Shown piece by piece: positions 1 through 14,365 of a stretch of 64,000 nucleotides of DNA (the first letter of the stretch is position 1; each line of letters begins with the position of its first letter). The stretch is from Tubiluchus corallicola (taxonomy: Eukaryota > Animalia > Priapulida), in contig JAQGDQ010000305.1 of NCBI GenBank assembly GCA_030141605.1, positions 62,001-126,000 of the forward strand, written 5' to 3'. Below the pieces are notes generated by a model, which searched no databases, was not told where the DNA came from, and saw only the letters and a list, made by a program, of their open reading frames with translations. A program made the translations under genes and the position numbers.

Positions 1-3000
1 TCGGTGAATACGAATAAACTACATGCGTGCATTAATGCTATTGGTGGGTAGGAACAACTCGTAGATACACGTTGGTGAATAGCAGGAATAAGCATGAATA
101 AGAATTGTAAACTATGAGTGAGCAGCGCCGTTTGTATGAGATCTAATCAGTTGGAAGTTGGGCGGCCCTGGCAACGCTGTTTCGGGGGGGGGGGGGGGGT
201 AATTCGTCAGACGACATTCCCTTTGCAACCTGTATAATACGTAATTTTTATACAACATTTTCTTAATGCAGTTCTGAATGCAAAAAAGTTATCAGAAAAC
301 TTCTTGCATATTATAAATTTATAGAAAATGAGTTTGGTTGTCAAGATTTCAATTCGTTTTTGTTAACATAATAGTAACTTAATATAACTCCTCCAGAGAC
401 AACAATTTCATGTTCACTCATCATTTGAAAGATTAATATGGCTTCCCTTTCAAAAGATGTTTGCCTTTCAAAATTTAGAGGTGATAATCTGGTTTGGACG
501 TTCTAATAAGGTATTTGTCCATCTGGCGATTAATAGCCATATCTGAAACCTGTAGAATTAGGCTTACTTCTAGATTCTGTAAAAAGATAAGAAGACAATT
601 AGCGATTTAAAAATTAAAAACAAAACAGTTTAAACTCAAAATTAATTTTCCGATGTTTTGACAGAAATTTAAAAAACTGCTCGATGATTATAAAAATTAA
701 TTTCGGTCACTGTTGTCATTTGGTTTTTCAGAAACAGCAAAAATTTTTCTGGTTATTGTCTTGGTAGAGGAAAACTAACCAAAAGTGCATTTTGTGGTGC
801 GTACGTTATCCGTTAGAGAATATTTATCAAAGAGTTTTAATATTACTGTCAAACAGAAAACAGGAAAATAGAGGAAATAATATAGGAGAAGTTATCGTAC
901 TGGATTCCTTCTATTCAGAGAAATTCATGCTTTCGTACTGTAATTCTGTCGGCAAGGAATGGGTAATTTTCTGACGAATCCTGTACACAGTCTTCTTGGC
1001 TCAGTAGTACTTTACCTGGATTGGAGTGCGTAACAAAAGTACCTGGCTATTTATTTTTCCTCATATCTCTGTCCTGTCTGTACCTGATGGTGATGCACAT
1101 GTCAGCTTATTTCGACGAGACACAGCAAAGCGCCTCTTCATTGCAGTGTCTCGCAAATGCGAATTAACTAATAGAGTTATTCAAATTTCAAGCTGCAGTC
1201 CCATCCACACGCTTCCTATTAATGTGGCATCGTCAGATTTGGTGTGAATGATACATAATTAACGATTAGTTGTATTGACGCTTTCTGCGTTCATCATCAA
1301 TTATTAACGTAGAACCAGTTTATGACATTAAGGGCTATGCACGCTTTCGTGCATGTAATGCTAGCCATGCCTGTATCACCGATACTGAGAGGTTTCTTAT
1401 GTGGAAAAATCTTTTCTAAGGATCTTCTTTTTTGCATTGACAAGAAAAAACGTATAAGTATTATGTTTAGTACAAGTTACGAATCGCACATCCTTTAGCG
1501 AATTCTGCGCCAAAGCAGTGTTGCCGGCCATCAAGCATCTCACATTTTTTCGCCTCTGGGGCAGGTACTGTCGGTACGTGGAGTTGCATGAAACCGTCTT
1601 TACACGTGAGGTGACGAACAACAATGTGATCACTGACCACTGGTCAAGGGAGGAAGCACAATGGGCGTTGGTCAGTGTTTCCTTTCATTTTCATCTCCTC
1701 CTAGGGCTTTCGGTTTTTGGGTACTGTGGGGTAGATGTTCACCTGGGGTTTTAAAGAGCTGACAAGTTTTAAACGCTGGAGGTAGGAGCCAAAATGCAAA
1801 ATTTGGAATCTCCTAATTGGCGACCTTTTACATACTGAAAGCTAGGGACAAAAAACTCACAGGGTACACTCTCTGGGCAAAGTTATCTATGTATACATGT
1901 CACCCGCATTGTCGGGTTAAAGGTCACGGAGCGGGCGGGTCTTCATTTAGTTTTCTTTATGACCCATCTACTCCCATAGTTTTTGAGTTAGGGCTACAAT
2001 ATTTGGCGTGTTGCTAAGTTGGGTCGTTGCCCTGCACATCACAAAATATGGGACATGCTCGTGTGGCAAATTTTCCGCTAGGGGGCAAAATCTAAAAAAT
2101 GGGGGTCGGGAACAGAAGTGCACCGAGTGTCTAGTAATCGTACCACGTAGCATATCAAATGAAAGGTCTCGATGAGGCGAATCGAATGGTATAGGTCACA
2201 ATGTGAACAGTTAACCTGTGACCCCATTAGGGGCAAAATAGGTGTCGGGGAGACAAATGCCTTACAGGGTCGACCAAAAGTAGCCTGTACGTAGTATGGT
2301 ATTTAATGGTAGTTATGCTCCGATTGGTTAACCTCTGACCCATGGGCCATGGGTTAAAAAATTGCAAGTTGCGATTTTGTTGTGAAGCATAGTTCCTATG
2401 TAATCAAGCAGCAATGCGAATTCAATGAAATGTAAATTATAATTTTCAAACAAAAGGCAGCATCTTCGCAAGGCCCAATTCTGCAAATATTGTTTGCAAA
2501 ATCTTCAGTTTCTGACCACATCAGAAACATTATACTAGTTAATTTCGCTTATCATCTATTTTATTTTATTGCACATTAATTTAAACGTGCAATCAAGGCC
2601 AAAGAATGGAATAATAAAAATAAGACTATGGAAAGAGACGTAGAATCTAAGTTCCTTAATATATCGTAGGCTAACTATTTGTCAAAATTTAACAGCTTTT
2701 ATCTCTTTTTGGAAAGTTTTGCATTACCAGATGTGACTACAGGTGTATCACTTACCGAGTTGAGCAGAGAATACAGCTGAAAATACGCGATTAGAGAAAT
2801 TACGAAATTACACAAATAACAAAATTTCGACAAACTTTACTAGTTGAAAAGATTAAATCTTGAAACGTGGCAAACCTGCGCGGTAATCAGACCATAATTG
2901 GCCAAAACGGACGTGATTGATTTTTACAGGATTTACGGTTTAAACAGTGCTAAAATTCCACTTTCTGTGCCTGTATCTGAAGATAAAGGCTAGCAACGAT

Positions 3001-3219
3001 CCACTAAAATGGCGAACAAAAAACGGGGAGCAAAACTGACATGTGAACAAAAACAATACAACACCACTCCCCCCCATTAGGTATCGGAATTTTGACCCCT
3101 TTCCTCTGTCTTAGATTCTTCACAGAGATCAGATCACCTATATTTGTTTAAGCGCGGAAATATGAATAAATTTAGTTGATATGTACTAACCTTCAGTAAT
3201 ACTTTTGCATTAACTTTAA

Positions 3220-3666
3220 CCCTTTCAGTCCCAAATTATTTTTTAATAAGAAAAAAATTTTTGGCTTGGTACTTTTGTTCAGTATGTCCATCTTGTTCAC
3301 ACATAATAATTTTTTTTCTACCTGTGCCCGTGTGCTAAATATAGCCTGTATCCCACGGGATACATTGGGATTCAATGGAAGCATAAAATGTGCTTCATTT
3401 TGCATCTGCTAAAGTATTTAAGACATTTAGTACGCATGCTATGCTGATCTGTACAAAGTCATCTCTAAAGCACTGTACCTTGCGCAGTTTTTTTATGCTA
3501 TGTAGATTTTCTAGTTTGCCATTTTATCACTATTTTTAGTCTATTGTTATTGGCTTAAATCAAAATAACTATTAACAGATCAAATAACTGTCAGTTTTAA
3601 AATTTTATTAATTTTAAAGGCAGAAAATATTTTTGTATCTCACGGGATACAATGGGTATGAAAGGG
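3220..3666. mobile_element. piggyBac-type MITE
   Basis: TTAA target sites at 3216-3219 and 3667-3670; TIRs CCCTTTCAGTCCCA and TGGGTATGAAAGGG; internal repeat tgtatc(c/t)cacgggataca. Confidence 0.85.
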
Positions 3667-3879
3667 TTAACTCATCAGACACTTAATGAAAAATCATCCA
3701 AATTTATAGAACATTGATGCACGATTACACTGAAACAGGTATTCTGTAGATTTGACCAGATCCAAGATTGCGTAACCCACAGCAGATGTAGGGTGAGTGC
3801 TTTTCGCAACTAAAGTTAAGTAATGCTAACGCTGTTTAGCAGATAAACGGGCGACCGGCCAAAACAACTGCTTTTGTGC

Positions 3880-4110
3880 AGTTTCATCTGCCGTACAGCC
3901 CTCAGCAACTTCTCTTAATAAGAGAATCCCTTATTTGTCCGCAGCAGCTGATTCTTTCATGGATAAAGGAGCCTAGAAGATTTAAGCAAGAAACACATGG
4001 CCGTCGTGGTTTTTCAGTTAGTGCTCCACGATTGCGGAATCGTTTACCACTAACTATGCCTGAATTACCAACATTACAAACTTTTAAAAAAACACCTAAA
4101 AGCACACCTT
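3880..4110 (+). mobile_element. CR1/L2-type LINE 3' end with microsatellite tail
   Basis: GRRGFSVSAPRLRNRLP...TFKK..K.HL resembles the L2/CR1 ORF2 C-terminus (GxRSFSxxAPxLWNxLP...FKxxLKTHL). Confidence 0.8.
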
Positions 4111-4116
4111 ATTATT

Positions 4117-4211
<95 letters not shown>

Positions 4212-4243
4212 TATTATTATTGATTATATATTATTATTATTAT
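4111..4243. repeat. (CAT)n/(TAT)n microsatellite
   Basis: About 30 perfect CAT units flanked by TAT units. Confidence 0.97.
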
Positions 4244-4519
4244 TAACCGAACGTATTTAAGACACCTCTTTTGTTTCAATGCTGTAAAAACGCTCAGAAT
4301 GCCGAACTGACCTTCGCAAACAAACTAAATGCTCTATTGGTTAGAAGCCGTCCCCGTTCCCCATGCGATAATAAATCCTGTTTTAGAGGAACCTATTGTG
4401 TTCATTTGTAACGCGGAAGATGATAAAACTGAAAATTTATTGAAATGTAAAACCTTGAAGCAGTAAAAAAGTAACCATATTTATTACTATGATATTGACG
4501 TCAAGATTATTATTAACGA

Positions 4520-4972
4520 TGTAACAAAACCACAATTGATTAAGTTTTGATATCAAGCTTGAGGGACAGGAGATGTGGCAAAATTGGGATATAACTTGGA
4601 ATTGACCATGCAGGACTGTTCTATTTTTCTGCTTTCAAGTTTAGTATCAAGCTTTAGTTAATTGTGTGTATTAATTATAAATAAAAATCTAAACATAAAC
4701 GTTGTTATAATCAATTTAATACTTATCAAAGGAAATTTCAAGCTCAAAATTAGAATCACGCTGGTATGGCATTAGAAAATGCTGAATTTGATAGGGTAGC
4801 TATAAAGGATAGACTGTCTTGATTACTAGGACAGTCACGCCTATTCGTCCAAGGCGTTTGCAATGTAAGGAAAACGGGTTGGTTCAAATCCTTCCATCAG
4901 CATTATAACTTTTTCATATTACCTATTCTTCAAGTTTCATATCAAAACTTAATTAATTGTGGGTTTGTATAA
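4520..4972. mobile_element. MITE with inverted termini of about 60 bp
   Basis: caaaaccacaattgattaagttttgatatcaagcttgag near 4524 is the inverted counterpart of ttcaagtttcatatcaaaacttaattaattgtgggtttg near 4930. Confidence 0.6.
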
Positions 4973-5279
4973 CACTTGATATGTTGGTTTGATGCAAAAA
5001 AGAAACGAAGTACTAAAGGACGCAGATTTTCCTGAAGTTGTAGGCTCGTGAAAAAGTCTAAAACTATTGCTGTCTGTAAAGGTTGTTCATACTTGAATGT
5101 GGCGAGATCTACGGAGCACATGTTTCAGGGAAATCGTAAATTATTTTTGTATAGTTGGGTATTTGCTTCATTAAGTAATTAACTAATAAATACTTCTAAT
5201 TACCATTATGAATAACTTTGGCGATACCGAGCTTTGCCATTTTTTCGTCTGCATCATGCAAACTCGTTCGTTTACTGTG

Positions 5280-6570
5280 ACCTACTGGTTCTTTTCTCAA
5301 GGCTACCAGACCTTTTATTTGTCGGCTATAACCCAGTTTTTCACGTAGACTGGATATCTTTTTTTCTCCGTGTCATGATCTAGTTTTCTTCCAGATCTGA
5401 TAATTTCGTTGCCGTCTCATGTTTCTTTTCTGACCTTCTGACATATCTCCGACCGCAACCTAATTTTTTTTCTTTTTTATTTAATATAATTATTATTATA
5501 TTATAATATGTATTAATATTATATATTATATTATATTACATAATCTTATATCACAGATTTCATATCGTTTGTATCGTATTTTGTCATGTCATGTCATGTC
5601 ATACCATATCAATTCATGTCATATCATATCATTTCGTATCATATCATATCATATAATGTTATATTATATTGTATCGTATCGCATCGCATCGCATCGTATC
5701 GTATCGTATCGTACCGTACCGTACCGTACCGTGCCGTGCAGCGCCACGCCATGCCATACCATACCATACCAAGAGATATTGTGACCGTAATCTTGACCTC
5801 CAAATCCTTGCGTCGCAGATGTAATACAGTTTTCCTGAAAATGACCAAACGCTTCATTCGTGGCCATGACTTGGTTTTCCAATCGCCATGATCAGATGAT
5901 TCTGTCGCGACTAACTTTTCCAATGGCCCTTATCAGATGAGCTGTAACCTTGTTTTTCATGGTAGTGACCACATCCTAATTTTTCTCGTAATTATTAGTT
6001 TATCTATCTCGCTGGAGTACCTAGTTTTTTGCGCGCTCCAAATCTTTTATCTTGGTGCTGGGAAGTACGGATTTACTGGTGATTGCTAGCACTAAAAAAT
6101 TCAGTGCTCTTAGAATACTGTCTTGGTACCAGTGGGATTCTGTATTAGCTGCTCGATCAGTTGTGGTCTTGCTGGCAATAAACCCAACAAGACGACGTTC
6201 ACTCAACTCAGTTCTCATCGGACGCCATTTGCTGTAGTAAACTATATCGACTGGTTGTTTAAAGTCTCCCAGTTCTGTGGATAATTGCGCAGGCCTGAAG
6301 CTATTACAGCGATATTGAACGTTGATGATAATCCTCCGATGGTAACATGAGGGTGTTGTGAAACAGGGCATAATCATGTTCATTTAATTGCTTATTAGAC
6401 GATGTTGCCCAGTCTTGATCAGTAATTTGAATTCAATGCAGTTCTACCGCCCAACTTTAATGTTGCGCTTTTTCGAACGTAGTTAGCGCTTGCTGTGACC
6501 CATAGTAATTTCTGTTGAACCACCTGGTCTGATTCGCATTTAGATGAGTGCCAATGCGAGTTGTGCGATT
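5280..6570 (-). mobile_element. Highly degraded LINE relic interrupted by a pentanucleotide microsatellite
   Basis: Weak remnants of linker (RWFNR) and RTE-like C-terminal (RLR...R...TW) motifs; many stops. Confidence 0.3.
5480..5770. repeat. Compound pentanucleotide microsatellite
   Basis: TATTA, TATCA, TATCG, TACCG and TACCA unit series. Confidence 0.9.
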
Positions 6571-9110
6571 AACACTTAAAAATTGTTCTCATAAGCAGAC
6601 TAGTAAAAATTGGGCAAATGCTTAAATTATTAATGAAAAATCGAGAGAAAATCTTTTTGTGAAAAAGTTTGTGAAAAAAGATCTTGAAAATGCCAAGGAG
6701 GGCGCAGATGAGTTTTACTGATTCATTTATTTCCTGTGGTTTTCTTTGTCGCACTTTAGCGTGCTAATTAAATTACACACTCCCACTAAAATAGGAAAGT
6801 GCAACGCGACGCAGAAAGATAATGACATGAAGCAGCTTACTCGATTTTTTTGGGTTTAAATGTCATCCCGAATATGCAGCCTTTACGTAAGAACACGAAT
6901 TTAACATACTTTGCTGGTCGTTAAAATTTAACTGTTACCAAAGCTCCATCCACAAGCTCCATCCATTACAGGCTAATTACAATCTGCGAGGCACAAAGTA
7001 AGAAAAACACATTAACATTAAAAGTGGTATGCTATTTCTAGGAAAGCAGTTTTTCTAATTGACAATCAGAATTAGTTCTTCATGCGAAAAGATACATGCT
7101 TAGCGTGCACTTACAGTGATTTAGCTGTCAACGCCCATTTCCTGTAGGTGTGGTCTGTGGTTATTTAACTATACATCCTTTGACGAAATCCGTTTTTCCA
7201 CGTGCCGACATGGACTAGAAAACCAATGATTCAAGCAGAAAATAAACGAGTGACCAATAGACATGAAAATAAAACCATACCATAAACTAAGTTTTGGTTT
7301 CAAAACTACAAAACATATATTTGCGCAATGCATTTAGAAATAATAAATAAATCAAGTAATGTCCAATTTTTTGATTTGTTGAATCTAGAATGCATAAATA
7401 ATAAACCAGATTTATAAAATAATTATTTCCTACACTACTTTTAATAGCATTTATGTTTATTGGGCCAATGTGTTACTGAGAATTGATGGTATAGTGTAAG
7501 CGGGTTAATTTTGTGTTTTCTGCAAAATTGATAAAACTGATACATGAACTAAAACTAACACTAACACTAACACTAACTTTATTCCAAACTGTTACAATCA
7601 TAAAAGCAAGTTAAAGAAATTGCAGAAATTCTCGATCAGATTATTTTAAAAAATGGACGAAAAAATTAAAAATAAATGGAAAAATACTTTCAGATTTTTT
7701 AGAAAAACAAATGAGTTATTGTAAGCCTATATGATAAGCGATTTCATAACGACAATTTAAAGCAACACTGTATCTCATGAACCAATAACGCAATAAAAAT
7801 TTTAAATTGTGCAAAATAATAATTATGCAGATATAGATGAATTAGCTAAGTATTTAAAATATTTTTTAAAATTCTTTCAAAAATGCTTAAGCGCTGTAAA
7901 TCTGGAAATATAGAATTGTTTAATAATCAAACATCTCTAAAGATTCACGAGCATCTTTAAATTATAGAGATAAAAATTTGAATTATCAGTTCCGAAATTT
8001 TATAGTTTTTTAATACAGTTCTGTATACTGTATCTATTGCCATCACTTAATGGCGAGGTCTACTCAATGAGATTTTTATCGCGTGACTGGAACATATCTG
8101 TCTAACATGAGCCATTGAAACCATTAGTAAAATAATAAAAGCGATGCTAGAAAACATACACAATCATAGAAAATGCAAGATTATCTCAACTACAGAACAT
8201 TTCATTAAAATAGTAAGTTTTCAGACTTTTTTAAATGGCCGTCATAAGTTTCATAAATAGATGTCGTACAATCTACTTCAACGTTCTTTCAGAGTATGGA
8301 ACCATTCTTCGTCTTTTTCTTTTATCTTATAAAGTCAATTTTGGAAACATTTGATAACACGAATTGAAAATTTAATTTATAGGCTTTCTAGAGTCAGCAT
8401 TTGCGGGAAATGCTTCTGTGCCCATAGGCCGTTTTGTTTTATACAATTCGGCATGCTGCATTTTTGTGTTAAATTATTGAATGGACAGAATAGTTTTTAG
8501 CTAAAGTCAGTGTGAAAACCAAGGAAGTAATGTCTGTTCTATAACAGGTCTGCAACAGCAAACTTGTTATAAAATCGTATAGCTTATGCTGTTTATGTAA
8601 ATGACTATGGTAGCTTTGTCTTTGCAGTAATGCAAATGAAATTGCAAATTCGTCAAAAATTTTACCTACGATACCAAATAATATTCAAGACTGTCGATTC
8701 CCAATGAGATTAAATCATCATGTAAAGTTAAAGGCATTCAACGGTTAAGCAAGCTTCTTATTTAACCGTTTGGTCTTACTTGTGTCATTGTAGAACTGCT
8801 TTCACCTGCGTACGATTTCACTTATTCGTTAGGCTAGTTGGTACAACTGTTCAAACGTGTCATAACTCATAAGATGTTCAAATATAGCACTTTATTTCCC
8901 GCGTATTCTCTATGTATGCTATGATCTATATAGTCCATTAACGTACTGCGTCAAAAATATATTTATAATTAACTTTACTAGTGCGGCGGCATTTTACGCA
9001 AGAACGTTAATCAAATTTTATTTCCTTATTGACTTTAGTCAGCCGTAACGGCTTGCCTGGCGAATTAAAATTCTTCAGTGTTGCTCTCAAGAAGCCATCT
9101 TAAAAATTGA

Positions 9111-9954
9111 TGACGTCACGTCTGCGCTTTTAATCGCCATCAGTGATCATTCGTCCCTTGGGAAAAACCTATAAAACCGTTTAGCGGACGAGTTAAACAC
9201 GGCGAACAACTGAAAAGCTGCGCATCTGTTTGCGGTAAATTTCAATAAAATTTCATTAACGTTCATGAATATTGAAGCCAGAACGTTTCAAGCGACGACG
9301 ATGATGAATTGTTCAATTTGCTCGTCCTGTATGCTCTGCTGGCTTCTTCAGCGGGCTGTGATTCTGCAAAAGAAAATTAGCTCATTCTGCGTCTGCCCCA
9401 AGCTTAAACGTTATTTACTAAGCAGACGGTAGCTGCAATAGTGCTTATCAGCGTAACTAGTCGCTGTTACACGTCTTCCTGATTTACAATTATAGCTTTG
9501 ACGAGCACGGAGGCGGGATAGGAAACTCAGCAGGAAGGGGAAGGGGAATATTACTGGAAAAAACAGGGAAGAAAAGCGCGCACAGGGAATAGAAGCACTG
9601 TTAAGTTTCTGGTTTAAGTTTAAACTATTCTGGTTATTTCCGGTATCACTTTTGATCCTTCACAACATTTTATCGTCAGTCAGTTTTTCGCATTTATCCA
9701 TTTTCAGTTCCACAAGACCATTTTGTTTTTTCGTACATCCTCTTCTCCTTATGTTAACCTCTCAGTGCTGGGTGCCGACTGCTGCTGTCTAAAAGGAGCA
9801 CTTTTCTAGTTGAGTTTCGTTATAGTACGTATAGTACAATCTTCTCTTTTTTATTTTCATCATAATCTTCTGCCAATTTCCTGTCATTAACTTTATTGCT
9901 TTAGCTTCTAGCGAGTTGTTACTGCTATTTTATTTTTGTTTTTAGTTACCCAAG
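9111..9954 (+). promoter_or_regulatory. Probable SNAP-25 promoter and non-coding first exon region
   Basis: Perfect CRE TGACGTCA at 9111-9118; TATAAAA at 9170-9176; TCAGT Inr-like motifs near 9676-9685; candidate donors at 9235 and 9955. The first coding exon has an acceptor, so an upstream exon is expected. Confidence 0.45.
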
Positions 9955-11339
9955 GTAGATATAATTGTGATAGCATGTACTGTATCTTAGTTACCCAATG
10001 GTTATGTGCTTTAGCGATTGAAAAAGTATGAGTAAAAAGGGTTAAGAGTAGTTCTCACTTGGTCGGTGCCGGTATGCAGTATGGCTAAACTATTCACTGA
10101 CATAATCATCCAAGAGCAGTGGTCTGCTAGCGTAGATTTTTATGTTAATAGCTGACGAGTCTCTATTTGACCAAGGCTTTATACATATACAGAGCCGGAT
10201 TATGACCTTTTGGGCTCCTAGGCTAATGATTTTATGGGAGCCCCATCAGAGGGAGCCACCCTCTAACTGGCCTGCACCTGTCTTGAGTATGTTTTACTCG
10301 TGATATATTTTAGCGGCATTTACATAGCTTGAAGTAAACTTATTACAAATTCTTTAAATAAACTAGAATATCTATCATTTGTTTGCCAGTAAAATATTCT
10401 TTAAGAAATACACTGTTTTACCATTTATTGCAAACCAAATTAGCACACATTTTAACACAACCGTAGTGAAAAAACAGATTTTTTTTACCAAATGTTACCA
10501 AAGCTTTAGGGCCCCAAGCTTGAGAGTCTAATGAGTGTGATACATGAGCCAGCACGTGGATTGTTTTTTTTTATTATGCATTTGATGATGCATCACTGCC
10601 GTACAATTTGGATATGCTTGACGGCCTAATGCAAGTTATAACAGCAAGATGTCTTGCATTATTAATAGGTGTCATTACTTGACACAGTCACATTAATGTG
10701 TTTACTGTGGATAACGTTTGACTTGTTTGAAACGCGTTCTAGACAATTGATCATGCAAGCAATGATTCAAATGCTTAAAGACAAACCTCATTTTATCTTG
10801 GCAACTCTGCTCAGATCAGCTTAAACTGCTAAACTGCTTAGCACACTACAAATGTCTTGTCTAAACTTTCCTATATAAAAAAGAGCAAAGGAGGTAGAGC
10901 AATGACTTTTAGTAGGTTTCTCGAGCTCCTATCTACATATTGAGCTTTAGTATTAGAAATTGTATTCGTTTGCCATCTTATCGTTCGTTTTGCTGTGTTA
11001 TTAGTAATATTTTGCACTTAATGTGTTCTTTCTGTTGATTTTTTCTGCACTCACAACTGCTTATTTGATGAACCTATTATTTCAAAACCGAAACCAAATT
11101 TAGTGCTTTTTGGCCTTTTTGTTCTTTTCTTTATTCAAAATATTGACTATATATATATATATAGTACACAGTGGTGAACAGAAACGTCACGTTTTTTTCT
11201 TTATTGTAGTTCTTTGCATTAATTGTAGCAATTATTGACATTAAGCATTATTACTCCCGTGTTATGCACGTAGCTTCACACACACTAAACTTACCCGAGA
11301 GAACTCACACAATTCACACTAAGATAGGGGATATGTTTA

Positions 11340-12875
11340 GAACAAAGTCGTGGACATACAACGTTTTCTGCGTCATATGTACGCCTTCTGTATGAAACAT
11401 ACTTGAATTATCGAGATAACGTACATAGGTAATTTGTCATCAAAATATGGACGATGTGCTTAGCACATTAATACTTAAATACAACGCGCATTGTGTAATT
11501 ATGTGCGATTCCGCTGTAACTCACACAGAAATTACTCGAGATAGCATGCATATTTGTCACCTATATTTGGGATTAGAACAGTAATGTTAAGTACAATGAG
11601 CATTGTATCACAAGTGCGAATTCTACGTGAACGCATACTTGAATTATTCGTGATAGTGTACATACGTAATTTGTCATTAATATATAGACGATAATATATA
11701 TAGAACATTAACCTTAAATAATGCGTGCAATGTCTCGCATGTGTGAAACCACCATAGCATATTGGTGAATTATTCGAGACAATAGATATTATTCGTTACT
11801 AATATATCAACGACTTTCTTTTAATATTAGTCCTAAATTAGTGTGCAGTGTGCCGTATGTGTGTACAAAAACATACATGAACTACTCGAGACAGCGTACA
11901 TAATTTATCATCTACGTATGTGCTTGGAATATTAATCTTAAAGGCAATGTACATTCTGTCAAGTGTGTGTACATAAAACACACTTGAACTACGCGAGACA
12001 GCATACATAATTTATCATGTACGTATGTGCTTGGAACATTAATCTTAAATACAATGCACATTCTGTCATGAGTGTGTACATAAAACATACTTGAACTATG
12101 CGAGACAGCATACATAATTTGTCATCTACGTATGGGCTTAGAACATTAATCTTAAATGCAATGTACATTGTGTCACGTGTGTGTACATAAAACATACTTG
12201 AACTAGGCTAGACAGCGTACATAATTTGTTATGTACGTATGTGCTTGGAACATTAATCTTAAATGCAATGCACATTGTGTCATATGTGTGTACATAAAAC
12301 ATACTTGAACTATGCGAGACAGCATACATGATTTGTCATCTACGTATGGGCTTAGAACATTAATCTTAAACGCAATGTACATTGTGTCATGTGTGTGTAC
12401 ATAAAATATACTTGAACTATGCGAGACAGCATACATAATTTGTCATCTACGTATGGGCTTAGAACATTAATCTTAAACGCAATGTACATTGTGTCATGTG
12501 TGTGTACATAAAACATACTTGAACTATACGAGACGGCATACATAATTTGTCATCTACGTATGGGCTTAGAACATTAATCTTAAATGCAATGTACATTGTG
12601 TCATGTGTGTGTACATAAAACATACTTGAACTATGCGAGACAGCATACATAATTTGTCATCTATGTATGGACTTAGAACATTAATCTTAAACCAATGTAC
12701 ATGGTGTCGTGTGTGTGTACATAAAACATACTTGAACTATGCGAGACAGCATACATAATTTGTCATCTACGTATGGGCTTAGAACATTAATCTTAAACCA
12801 ATGTACATGGTGTCATATGTGCAGTTCCAAAATAACACGTACTTGAATTGCTCGAGATAGAGTACATAATTTGCT
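11340..12875. repeat. 107-bp minisatellite array (about 9 conserved plus about 5 degenerate units)
   Basis: Unit gaacattaatcttaaatgcaatgtacattgtgtca...gagacagcatacataatttgtcatctacgtatgggctta; repeated ORF starts are spaced 107 bp apart. Confidence 0.95.
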
Positions 12876-12884
12876 AATTTGATG

Positions 12885-13270
12885 ACCGGTAATAAACGCA
12901 CAGGAAAAAAGCCTCGGGAAAAAATCACAATTTTGGCTAGGAAAAAAGTCACAGGAAAAAAGTCATAATTTTGATTACCAAAGAAAGTCAGGTAATTAAA
13001 TAAAATTATTCAACTCAGTCACAATTTATTTAAGTACCATAAAAATTAAAGTAACAAAACAGAAAATATTTTAACTTACAATACATGACTTGTACATATT
13101 GAAGTTGACACTATTTATATATGATGGCATTGCGTGTATGTTAAAAAAAATCACGTTTCGTTCAATATCTTAGGGTTAGGGTTCACGGTTAGCGTTATTT
13201 CTTTTTTTCTTGTGAGTTTTTTCCTGTGACTTTTTTGTGACTTTCTTCTTGAGACTTTTTTACCTGAATT
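12885..13270. mobile_element. MITE with tandem subterminal motifs (tcacaggaaaaaag / ttttttcctgtga)
   Basis: Inverted arrays of the same short motif at both ends; internal ttagggttagggtt. Confidence 0.75.
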
Positions 13271-14365
13271 CTATAATTTGTTGCTAATATGTGAATTATA
13301 TTCTTAGATTACTAGCTTTTAGTATAGTGTGCACTGTCTCACTTGTGCGCTTCTTACACAATACGTACGTGAATTACTTGAGACAGCGCGAAACTTGTTA
13401 GCTGGGGTGACATAACCAATACTGGCGGCCATTATGTCAATTATGAATCCGGCTGGAGGTTTTATTTTCCCATTACCATTGATTCTGTGTAGTGTAAGGT
13501 TTGATGAAGCCATAGAGTGAAGCCAACGTGCTGCTAGAATGATAAATATTTGGCGACGCAGTCAGAAACAGGAAACAGGATTATTTCTTGAAAAGCTTTA
13601 CTAAACGCTGATCAATTATGACAATTACGGGCGATTGGAAACTGGTCAGTGATGTAAGGCTGATACTAAGTAATAAGTTTTAGATAATTACAAAGGATTA
13701 ATCCCTAATGTTAAAAAAATCAAGAATTAAAAAATGAATAATAACGAGATAAAAAATAAATCGGCGTTTCGAACATCAATGTAACAATACAAAAGTACAA
13801 GAAAACACGTAACATCGCTAGCACTAGCTTTTTTGAATTTAGCGTTGATAACACATTCACTAATTAAGTAAGGAAAAATTACAAGAGAAAGTACACACGG
13901 CACTAAAAAAAACGAAAAATCTACGACATAACAAAAACTCGAGCGAAAAAATACAATGAGTACAAAACACTCATAAATAACCCAGCAGCAGGCAAAACCA
14001 GAATGGCTGCCGTTTGAACAAAAGTCCTTTCGCTTCATTATTGTGAGGTTTTTTATAAATCAACTTGTAGGTAAATTTGTGCTACTGAACAATAATGTAA
14101 ACCTTATTTTCATTATAAATGTTACGAAAAAGATTGTCTGAATGAATATGGGGATAAATGTGCCACTGGTTACTATGTAAATTTTAAGCTATGTTTAGCC
14201 GTAACAGGTTCAGCCTGGTCACGGATAGATCAGATTAGTTTATTTCAGCATACAAAAAACATAAAAAATATTACATCGCACTACAATAAAATAATACAAT
14301 AAAAGCTACACTGAAATACCACTATATACAATACACTTAATAAATAAACATTCATAGCTACGATA

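Noticed and set aside
184-199. G16 run (G-quadruplex)
   Set aside because: Isolated homopolymer with no functional context; its length is error-prone.
1397-1754. Overlapping short ORFs in a GC-richer patch
   Set aside because: No recognisable protein or exon boundaries; probably repeat-derived.
11900-12830. Repeated ORFs (MYAVSHSSS...) or a CRISPR-like array
   Set aside because: Whole units are repeated with no unique spacers, and stops recur; this is a eukaryotic minisatellite.
13169-13183. TTAGGG telomeric repeats
   Set aside because: Only about 2 units, and they are internal to a MITE.
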